From Octopus vulgaris (taxonomy: Eukaryota), in contig OX597835.1 in NCBI GenBank assembly GCA_951406725.2, forward strand, positions 1,984,001 through 2,048,000: a stretch of 64,000 bases of DNA, read 5' to 3'. The translations under genes and the position numbers were made by a program. Below the pieces are notes generated by a model. It did not search any database. It saw only the letters and a program-made list of their open reading frames with translations, and had not been told where the DNA came from. Shown in pieces: positions 53,549 through 64,000 of the stretch. The first letter of the stretch is position 1. Each line of letters starts with the position of its first letter.

Positions 53549-54165
53549 TCATCATCATCATCGTTTAATGTCCGTTTTCCATGCTAGCATGGGTTGGACG
53601 GTTCAACTGGGGTCTGGGAAGCCAGAAGGCTGCACCAGGCCCAGTCTGATCTGGTAGTGTTTCTACAGCTGGCTGCCCTTCCTAACACCAACCACTCCGA
53701 GAGTGTAGTGGGTGCTTTTTACGTGCTACCAGCACAGAGGCCAGTCGGAGCGGCACTGGCAACGGCCACCTTCGGATGGTTTTCTTACGGTATCACAGCT
53801 ACAATTTCCAATGATGTTGATCGATTTCGATTTTCACTTGCCTCAACAGGTCTTCACAAGTAGGGTTTGTGTCACAAGAAGGAAAGGTATGCATAAGTGG
53901 ACTGGCTACGTCCCAGGTAGAGGCCACGGGTTATGGTCTCACTTGTCCTGCCGGGTCTTCTCACGCACAGCATACTTCCATAGGTCTCGGTCTCTGGTCA
54001 TTTCCTCGGTGAGACCTAAAGTTCAAAGGTCGTGCTTCACCACCTCGTCCCAGGTTTTCCTGGGTCTACCTCTTCCACAGGTTCCCTCAACCGCTAGGGT
54101 GTGGCACTTTTTCACACAACTATCTTCATCCATTCTCGCCACATGACCATACCAGCGCAAACGTC
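53549..54165 (-). mobile_element. Same RTE-like LINE: ORF end plus 3' UTR with VNTR and (GAT)n tail
   Basis: The coding remnant is continuous with the abundant ...GGAAGGGCATCCAGC...CCATGCTAGCATGGAAAACGGACGTTAAAC(GAT)n repeat. 5'-truncated copies lie at ~4700-5092(+), 6192-6512(-), 8652-9010(-), 18890-19160(+), 21534-21732(-), 30313-30570(-), 31578-31775(-), 40818-41230(-), 47866-48020(-), 48102-48272(+), 55343-55628(+), 56884-57060(-), 60950-61181(+) and 63240-63862(+). Confidence 0.8.
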
Positions 54166-56365
54166 TCTCTATATATGTTCACAGTACAGTGTCCAGTTCC
54201 TGAGGGATATGTCTTGTTTATAGGTGTGGCTGTGTGGTAAGAAGCTTGCTTCCCAACCACATGGTTCCAGGTTTAGTTCCTCTGTGTGGCATCTTGGGCA
54301 GGTGTCTTCTGCTAAAGCTTTGGGTCAATCAAAACCTTGTAAGTGGATTTAGTAGGCAGAAACTGAAAGAAGCCTGTCGTATATTATATGTATATATCTT
54401 ACGTGTGTGTGTGTGTGTGTATGTGTTTGTCCCACACCACTGCTTGGCAACCGGTGTTGGTGTGTTTACGTTCTCGTAACTTAGCGGTTCGGTAAAAGAG
54501 ACTGATAGAATAAGTACGAGGCTTAAAAAGAATATGTCCTGGGATTGATTTGTTCAACTAAAATCCTTCTATGCTGTGCCCCCCCCCCCCCCCGCCGTGG
54601 CTGCAGCCAAATGACTGAAACCAGTAAAAGATAAAAGATATAAACACACACACACACACACACACACACATGTTGAAGCAGAGTCTCATGAACGCACACA
54701 AAGGCAGATGAGCTGGTTCTCTCTCCCTCTCTCCCTCTGTCACACACACACACACACACACTCGTGGTCATACTTACAAGTGCATGTGTTAGGGCTTCCT
54801 CTATGCTAAACGACCTCTTTCATTAACCAACACACTTCACTTTCCTCCGATGGAATCAAACTATTTTTAGTAGACTCTCAAGGAGTGTCCTTTCATAGCA
54901 AATGAAGTACGTTGCACCTCGACCCTTCATGTCACTCTGCCATTTCATTTCCAATATATATCTCTTTTTTTATATCCAGTCTTGTACTCTTTCCCTTTCT
55001 TCCTCTCCTCACATCGCTCTCCTCTACTCATTTTTACATCACTCTCCTCTACTCTCTCTCTCCACTGTTATTTTCCAGTCATTTAATTATTCCTTCCTCA
55101 CTTTGTTTCAAAGATTTAACTGGAAGGGACAGTTAGTACAATGGAACGTGTTTAAGCACCAGGTCAGTTTTAATCCCTTAGATCTAAAACAGCAGATCTC
55201 AGCTGAGGGGGCCATGAATGCCCTCTGTGGGCTCCATATCAGATTTTATCATTTAAAATTTATGTACAAGAAATAAATTTGGTTGATGGAAACTGAAAGA
55301 AATTTGATGCATGTGTGTGTGTGTATATATATATATATATAACGTGGCCGATGCCAGCGCTGCCTAGACTGGCTTCTGTGCCGGTGGCACGTAAAAAGCA
55401 CTATCTGAATCGTGGCCGTTGCCAGCCTCGCCTGGCACCTCTGCAGGTGGCACGTAAAAAGCACCCACTACACTCACGGAGTGGTTGGCGTTAGGAAGGG
55501 CATCCAGCTGTAGAAACACTGCCAGATCAGACTGGGCCTGGCGCAGCCTTCTGACTTCCCAGACCCCAGTTGAACCATCCAACCCATGCTAGCATGGAGA
55601 ACGGACGTTAAACGATGATGATGATGATATATATATATATCTGTGTGTGTCTGTGTCTCCCATCATCGCTTGACAACTGGTGTTGGTTTGTTTATCTCCC
55701 TGTAACTTAGCAGTTTGGCAAAAGAAACTGATGAAATAAGTACCTAGCTTTAATGCGAAAAGGTACTGGGGTTGATTTGTTTGACTAAAATCCTTCATGT
55801 CAGTGCCCCAGCAAGGCCGCAATCCAATGACTGAAGTAAGTAAAAGATAATAGATTAAGAATTCCTGATAATATTTAATTATGAAAATATGACGGGATTT
55901 TTAAAACATCAAATGACTCTGTGGCCATCTGAGAAAAATAGGAATCAAAGAGGTCTATAGATAAAAAAAATGGTTGAGAACCTCTGATCTAAGACATTCT
56001 TTTTAGGACTTCCCATTTTGTTTTTGTTTACAAAGTATCCAGAACAAGAATGCTTGCATGCCTGTCTCAAAAATATACAAGGTTTCCCAGGTAATAACAC
56101 ACAGCAAATGATTGGAGTGAAACCCTTTAACATTCAGGTGACAAACCCTATTTATTCACATTGTGTTCAATTAATAATGCATTATCTTGTAGCTTTGAAG
56201 TTTTGATGATATGATTGTACATTATTACAATGGCATTGTAGGATAGGTGTGAGAAGAGAGACCTGGCCAGGTTGAATATTTTGGCCGGATATGGCCGGTT
56301 TAAATACCAAAGTGTTAAAACTTTAGAGCAATATTTAAAAAAAAATCCTTTTGAGGCTGTTATCT

Positions 56366-56880
56366 ATGAGGGTCAGCTGAAAACTTCATAGGCTGACCAG
56401 GATACTCTCATGAAATGTGACCAAATGGACTTCGTGTTTCAACATAGGCCCCTCCACTCCCCCCCCCCCCCCTGATCCCATCGCTGAAGAAGCTTTTATC
56501 CTGTTGGTGAAGAACGTCACCAACGACCAGACATGATGACACGTCATCACTGCAAAACTAGTTCTCAGTCAAGTGTTTTTGCATGTTGGGGAAGAGATAA
56601 TAGTCGGAGAGTGCCAAATCAGGAGAACAGGGGGGGTGAGCAGCCAGTCCAGAGCTACAGTCACGTGCAGCAGCCATTGAAAGCAAGGACTGATGAAATG
56701 AGACACCTTTAATCAGTTTTCTCCAGGTGTTTGGTGTTGATAGCCTCTCATAACTCTCTCAGCAAATTTGCATAGTACTCTCCATTGGTGGTGTGGCCCT
56801 TTTGATGATAGTCAATAAGCATAATGCACAAGACCCATCACTTTCCTTGCAGATGAAATGACCTTAGCCTTCTTTGGAGC
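56366..56880 (-). mobile_element. Mariner transposase C-terminal fragment with TIR
   Basis: Minus strand resembles HPPYSPDLAPSDYYLFP (…SPDLALSDYYLFPNMQKHL); TA-tgagggtcagctgaaaac TIR-like end at 56366. Confidence 0.75.
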
Positions 56881-58036
56881 TGATCATTTAATGTCCGTTT
56901 TCCATGCCAGCATGGGTCAGATGGTTTGACTGGAGCTGTTGAGGCCAGAAGCTGCACCAGAATCCATGACCCTGTTCTGGCATGGTTTCTGTGGCTGGAT
57001 GTGCTTCCTAATACCAGCATCTTTCCTGGCTGCTTTTTATGTGACACCATCACTGGCGTCAATTCTGCTGTGGTGAACAGGTCTTCATTGAGATATTAGG
57101 TGCATTGCTGTTCTCAAGAAGACCCATCTGCTACAGCAGAATTGGTACAGGTGCTGGTGCCACATAAAAAGCACTCTTGCCGGGGTAGGTGTATGAGACC
57201 CCGGGTTTACAAGTTTTATTTTTCAAACACAAGATTCAAATTTTGAATGAAGTGCAAAAGTTTCTGCTACCACAACAAATGGCTCTGCTGACGCTACATC
57301 GAAGAGGCCAGGGAACAGAAGAAAGAAGACATGCACCCAACACCAGAGCTGAAGCCACCTCTGAAGGGGGTGGGGGCATGTCAAAACGGTAGAGGAGTAG
57401 GGGCCGAAACCGGACGTGGTTCCTCCTGATGATGTCTTGAGCTAACTGGATCCTATAAAGGAGCTGTTGTGGAAGCAGACCACGAAACACGGTTGTAATT
57501 CCTCATATTTTAGTGTTGTGGACTTGTCTGCGATTCTTCCAGAAGCATTTGGTATTTCATAATATGTTGCTGTGATGAGATCAATGATATCTCAATAACA
57601 AAAGCATTTGATAATGAAACTAAACCAATAGGAGGATCCTGGTTGTATGGTAGTGTTGGAATATATTAGTCTATTTTTGTCACAGAAAATTTTGATAAGT
57701 CATAAAACACCAAACGTTTTTTAATACTGTGAAGTATTACTACTTTGTAGTAGCCCACTTGTCAATTTATTAGTGATGCTGTTGCAAGGGTATGTGTGTG
57801 TTGAGCTATATTTGTGTTTGGTTTTTAAGGTCAGTAAGATTTTTATAGCCAGGGTTTGATCAGTATGTTGTTTCTATAAATTTTAACCCTTGGTGACATC
57901 AAAGAAACTCACTTATAACTTTGCTTTTCAAGAGGAATGGCAAGATTAATAGCAAAGATAATATCAAATATTAAAAAAAACAAAATTGTAACAAATTGAA
58001 AACTGAAAACTTTATCTACTAGCATTTGTTGCTGTA

Positions 58037-58073
<37 letters not shown>

Positions 58074-58245
58074 TTGTATTTTTCAGTGAGTGGCTGTGTG
58101 GTTAGAAGCTTACTTCCCAACCACATGGTTCTGGGTTCAGTCTCACTGCTTGGCACCTTGGGTAAATGTGTTCTACTATAGCCTTGGGCTGACCAAAGCC
58201 TTGTGAGTGGATTTGGTAGCCAAAAACTAAAAGAAGCCTGTCGTG

Positions 58246-58296
<51 letters not shown>

Positions 58297-58973
58297 TTGT
58301 GTGTCTGTATTTGTCTCCCCGCTATCACTTGACAACCAATGTTGATGTGTTTACGTCCCCGTAACTTAGCAGTTTGGCAAAAGTGACTGATAGATTTGTT
58401 TGATTTATTTGACTAAAGGCAGTGCTCCAGCATGGCTGCCATCAAATGACTGAAACGAGAGAAGAAAAGTATATATATATATACCTACATATATATATAT
58501 ATATTTATATACATTCACAGATGTATGTGTGTGTGTGTGTATATATACACACACACACGGATATACATACGGATATATTTAAAGAGAGATGAGTCTTTAA
58601 TTATCAGCAATGATCTTATAAAAGTTGTCACCAATGAGTTTTTTTTTCTTCTAAGGTTTCACTTTCATTATCAGAGCAATTAAAATGTTATTGGCAGATT
58701 TCAAAGTGATTTTGTTAGTGAGTTGGTTTGGAAGCCATCATGCAGAGACTTTATTGAAGCCAAATCTCTTGTGGATGTTTGTAATGGCAGATCTATGATT
58801 AATTTACATATTAGGAGTGGCTGTAAGTAGCTTGCTTACGAACCACATGGTTCCAGGTTCAGTCCCACTGCGTGGCACCTTGGGCAAGTGTCTTCTATTA
58901 TAGCCTCGGGTCGACCAAAGCCTTGTGAGTGGGTTTGGTAGACAGAAACTGAATGAAGCCCGTCATATATATG

Positions 58974-59016
<43 letters not shown>

Positions 59017-59486
59017 GTGTGTTTGTGCCCCCAACATTGCTTGACAACCGATGCTGGTGTGTTTGTGTCACTGTAACTTAGCAGTTCGGCAAAAGAGACC
59101 GAGAGACCGATAAAATAAGTACTGGGCTTACAAAGAATAAGTCCTGGGGTCAGTTTGCTTGACTAAAGGTGATGCTCCAGCATGGCCACAATCAAATGGC
59201 TGAAACAAGTAAAAGAGTAAAGAGTACTATTTCTCCCTCCTTCGATAATAGCTTTCCTGTTTAGCCCTTTTCCTGTTTAGCCTTTTCGCTCCTTCAGATT
59301 TTTGTCTGTCAAATGTAATTCTTATTTATTCTCATTGTTTGGAATTAATCCGGTGTCATCTTGAAGCTCTTCAAGATTTTGACAATGGAATTGTTTATTT
59401 TTAGAATGAGTGTGAAGTAGTTGTGAGAGGCTGGATCTGACTGGTTTGAACACGAAATAGAAATGTTTTGGCCGGATATGACCGGT

Positions 59487-59708
59487 TTAACCTTTTTGCT
59501 ACCATATTTCTGTCGAAATACTCCATCCTTGTTCCAGTTAATCTTGAAAATAATAAAAGAATTAGTAAAATAACTTTGTCATTATTATGTTAGTGTTTGG
59601 AACATAAATTTACTGGAACTTTTGAAGGAAGGTTTTAAAACAAAACAGGAAGTGTGTATCGTATAAAACAAGGGGTGGTCTTGGTTGGGTTCGTATCAAA
59701 ACGGTTAA
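59487..59708. mobile_element. Second TTAA MITE at the end of a copy of the first
   Basis: TTAA CCTTTTTGCTAC ... GTATCAAAACGG TTAA. Confidence 0.6.
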
Positions 59709-60746
59709 TATTGTCATCATCACAGACTTGATCAAGTGTCCGTCTTCTCCTTGATGTGTGGTATTTGTGTAACCAGGTTTTGAATTTGTCAATCTCAGCA
59801 GAGACAGACCATTGCTGTTAGACACTGTACCTGTGTATGCTGAAAGGCTTTGATCAATTTTGTTCCCTGTTAACCTTCAGCTTACAGAACACAGATCACT
59901 GAATGCTACTCTTGTTTGGAACAGAGAAACGGCAGGGTGACGACCTTAGTCAACAGACTAGAAGGAGGCTATATCCAGTGATATACAAACAAACTAATTT
60001 TGCCACTTTCAGGAGAAAGAACATTCTTAGTTCATCCTGGATAACGACTGGCTGATTATCATCATTTATGTTGCCATGGATTGAATGGCTTTTCCAAAGT
60101 AGTGTTTTTCAGCTGGATGTCCTTCCTGTTGCCAACTCCTTTTGTCTTGAGGCATGGTTCAGTGGAGGGGAAGACAGCTGCAGCAGTGCATTGTGAAGTA
60201 CAAAGAGCAAGACGGGACGGTCATCTACAACATCCATCTCCATCACTAATTGTCTTGACCTGGTCTTGCCACCGGACTGAAGATGGTCATGCAAGAGAGA
60301 TTGAGGTTGATAGGATGTGCCTCTCCTTCACTTTAAACAAAGTCACTGCACAGGTTGTCATCCGTAACCCTTAAACGGTGGGCATCATCAATTGATATTT
60401 CAAAGGTTTTACATGGATATGACAATCATAAAGTGAAAATAAGTGTAAAAATTACTTTTAAGAAAAAGATTTTTTTTTTGTTTCTTTTGCCTGCTTGGAA
60501 CCGTTTCTTGCTGTTTCTAGGTAAAAGGATGACCAGAAGGTCCTCATTGTTCTGACACATGGAACGTTTGTTATTTTAAGCTGAAACATCCTGTTGTGCT
60601 ACTTAAAACGTTTCTGAAGCATTAAGTAGTGACAAAAGGAAGTTCCGGCTTGAAATATGTAAAAAAATTATGAACTCTACTTTATTTACTGAGTACTTTT
60701 TTCCTCTTGTTTGTCCAACACACACACACACACACGTGCATGTGCG

Positions 60747-60779
<33 letters not shown>

Positions 60780-61181
60780 GTGAAAATGTTTCTCATTGTA
60801 TCATTGAATCCTAGACAATCTTAGATTGATTCAGTAGGATTAAACTGACCTTACTATTTAGAGAAAGCCTGCAAAGGGCTGTGGAGATGATCTCTTCTTT
60901 GGACTTTAAAAGAAAAAGCCATTAAAACTCTTGAGTGTCTAGTTAAATTTAAAGGCACTTGTGCTGGTGACACATAAGGGGCACCTGTGCTGGTGACATA
61001 CATCAGGCACCCATGCTGGTGACACATAAAAGGCAGCGATGTTGATGATACATAAAAAATATCTGGTACACTCTATGGAGTGGTTGGCATTAGGAACGAC
61101 ATCCAGCCATAGAAACCAAGCCAAATCAGATTGGCACCTGCTGCAGATCTCCGGCTTACCAGTTCAAGTCAAACCATCTAA

Positions 61182-61795
61182 CGATTTCAATTTCAGTTGC
61201 CTCAACAGGTCTTTGCAAGCAGAGTTTAGTGTCCAGTGAAGGAAAGATACGTATAAGTGGGCTGGTTACACCCCTGGCATAGGCCATGAGGTTGTGGTCT
61301 CACTTGGCTTGCCGGGTCTTCTCATGCAGAGCATATTTCCAAAGGTCTTGGTCACTAAGTCATTGCCTTGATGAGGCCTAAATTCAAAGGTTGTGCTTCA
61401 CCACCTCATCCCAGGTTTTCCTGGATCTACCTCTTCCACAGGTTCCCTCAACTGCTAGGGTGTGGCACTTTTTCACACAGCTATCCTCATCCATTCTCGC
61501 CACATGACCATACCAGTGCAGTCGTCTTTCTTGCACACTACATCTGATGCTTCTTAGGTCCAACTTTTCTCTCTGACATTACACATCCAGCGGAGCATAC
61601 TGGCTTCATTCCTTGCGAGCTTACACATGTCTTCAGCAATCATGGCCTGTGTTTCACTGCCATGTAGCATGGCTGTTTGTACACATGCATCATACAGTCT
61701 ACCTTTTACTCTGAGCGAGAGGCCCTTTGTCATAAGCAGAGGTAAGATCTCTCTGAACTTTGCCCAGGCTATTCTTATTCTAGCAAGCGTTATTC
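61182..61795 (-). mobile_element. RTE/RTE-X-like LINE 3' fragment
   Basis: RIRIAWAKFREILPLL.TKGLSLRVKGRLYDACVQTAMLHGSET...RNEASMLRWMCNV. A homologous piece lies at 53820-54165. Confidence 0.9.
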
Positions 61796-63479
61796 TAGCA
61801 GCTAACACACACACACACAACGGGATTCTTTTAGTTTCCATCTACCAAATCTACACTCAAGGCTTTGGTCAACCCGAGACTATAATAGAAGACACTTGCC
61901 CACGGTGCCATGAGGTGGGACTGAACCCAGAATCATGTGGTTCGGGAAAATCACTTGGCGTTGATGTAAATTTGGTAATACATATCTTTTTTTATCTTTT
62001 ACCTGTTTCAGTCATTTGACTGGCCATACTGGGGCACTACTGTGAAGGGTTTTAGTTGAAGGACTCCACCTCAGTACTTATCTTGTTTAAGCCTGCTGCT
62101 TTTTCTATTGGTATCTTTTGCAAAACCACTGAGTTATGGGGTACAAACAAGTGTCAAGTGGTAGTGGTGGCAGGGGACAAACACACACACACACACACAC
62201 GTCTTCTTTCAGTTTCTGTCAACCATTTCCACTCACAGAGTTTTGGTCAGCGCAGGGCTACAGTAGAAGATACATACCCAGTCCCTACGCAGTGGGAGTA
62301 AACCAAGAACTATGTGGTTGGGAAGCAAGCTCCTTATCATTATAGCCTTGCTTGCACATATACAAACAAAAGACATGTAACATGCCATAGCTATATGAAG
62401 TGTGTGTGTGTCAGTGTGTCCAAAGAAAAAAATAATTCACAGTTACTAATCACATGAGAAACAATACTTAAATGTGATTGTTGCAAAAGTTAATTAGAAA
62501 AGAATTTTCTGCAATGAAGGAAGATAAGGAAAAGCAACAATAGATAACGAGGAATATTATTTTCACCCATTTTAGCAGAGACAGTCACACGGAAACTGTT
62601 GTATTAATTTCTCATTTATTTCATGTGTTGCTGTGTGGTTAAGAAGCTTGCTTCCTAACAATGTAGTCTTGGGTTCAATCCCACTGTATGCCAGTGATGG
62701 TGAGTGTCTTCTACAGCCCTAGGCCAATTAAAGTTGTGTGAATGGATTTGATAGATGGAAACTGAAAGAAGCCTGTTGTATGTATGTATGTATATGAATA
62801 TGTATATGTGTGTGTGTGTCTGTGTGAGAGAGATTGTGTGTACTCTTGTCTTGGTGTCAGTTAGCATCATCATCATCCTACAAATGATATTGTTCATTTC
62901 CAGTCTTCTATGAAAACCATGTCTGGCCATTGGGGAATATTACTATGCTTGGGAAACAGCTGAGGATTGGTGACAAGAAGGGCCTAATACTGTTCTAGAA
63001 AGATATGCCTTACCAAATTCTGTCTGACTCATGCAAGCATGGAAAAGTGGATGTTAAATGATGATATGCCAAAATTGTCATTGTATTATTTCAACCTAGT
63101 CACTGATACAAGTCCACTGTATTGTTTTCTGATGGATAAAACAGGATAGCAGTTAGTTGTACAGAAGGTCAGAACAGGATGTTATCAGCTGAATCTCTTG
63201 ACACCAGTTATCATTGTCACTTAAATATTCTATTTGTGACTTGTAAAAGGCACTTGTGCTGGTGGCTCATAAGATGCACTTGTGCCAGTGACACGTAAAA
63301 GGCACCCGTGCCAGTGACACGTAAAAGGCACCCGTGCCAGTGACACATAAAAGGCATCTGTGCTGGCGATATATAAAAAAGCACCTATGCTAGTGATACA
63401 TGAGAAGCACCCATGTTGGTTAAATGTAAAAGGCACCGCACCGATGCCATGTAAAAGGTACCCATGCTAGTGACATGTA

Positions 63480-63700
63480 CGAGGGGTGGGGCTGAAAAGG
63501 TCCTGGCCTTGGGTAAAAGGAAACACAGGAGAATCACTTAATTATGATTGTATTCAACATATTCCCCTCTCAGATCCACACACTTATTGCAGCGGTCCTT
63601 CATTTTTGCTAATCCTCCTTGTAAAAGTACTTGGAAGGTTGGGCCTACAACCAAGCCTTTCGCGATACCCTTAATGCCTGGAACTTTTCACACCCCCTTG
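63480..63700. mobile_element. Mariner-derived MITE inserted in a LINE 3'-UTR repeat
   Basis: TA|CGAGGGG...TGAAAAGGTCCTGGC ... GCCTGGAACTTTTCACACCCCCTTG|TA; imperfect TIRs and TA duplication. Confidence 0.75.
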
Positions 63701-64000
63701 TACAAGACACCCAATGCACTCTATGGAGTGATTGGTGTTAGGAAGGGCCATAGAAAATAAGCTAAAGCAGACTGGAGCCTGGCACAACTCTCTGGCTTAT
63801 CAGTTCCAGTCAAACCCTCTAACCCATGCCAGCATAGAAAATGGACAGTAAATGATGATGATTTTCTGCCTGATTAAAAGCATGTAAATATTGGATTGAA
63901 AAATCTTTTATTTGTTTATTTGCATCATTATTTCTGTATGTATTTATTTATATATATTTAGTATAAACATGTTTAGGAGACAATTAGAGTGATGTGTCAT

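Noticed and set aside
63240-63480. CRISPR-like array of ~22-nt repeats
   Set aside because: The units are directly tandem with no unique spacers, lie inside a eukaryotic retroelement 3' UTR, and have no cas genes nearby.

Overview
This is a 64-kb, AT-rich, repeat-dominated animal genomic window. The SINE families, RTE LINE ends and microsatellite load suggest a coleoid cephalopod, probably Octopus (inference). Only one protein-coding region is recognisable: MZT1/MOZART1 (CDS 30688-30888, +), in a single coding exon with a splice acceptor and polyA signal. Its likely promoter and first exon lie at about 17.6 kb. There are weaker signs of a divergent spliced unit (14.6 kb going left) and of another promoter/first exon at about 45.3 kb. 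Most ORFs in the supplied track are spurious translations of microsatellites and SINEs. The rest of the window is a nested set of mobile elements: tRNA-derived SINEs, RTE and R4-like LINE fragments, maT/mariner remnants, TTAA MITEs, non-autonomous Helitrons and several decayed Penelope-like elements (PLEs). The most interesting signal is RNA-level. At least five loci carry type-I hammerhead-ribozyme cores of the minimal PLE type, some inside inverted repeats. One small family fuses a tRNA-like Pol III head to a hammerhead motif and is inserted in a Penelope-style inverted arrangement with a 13-bp TSD and a ~30-nt tail. It is a candidate SINE mobilised by PLEs rather than LINEs. All calls were made by eye without alignment or folding tools; repeat boundaries are approximate and family letters (A, B, E, F) are my own labels.
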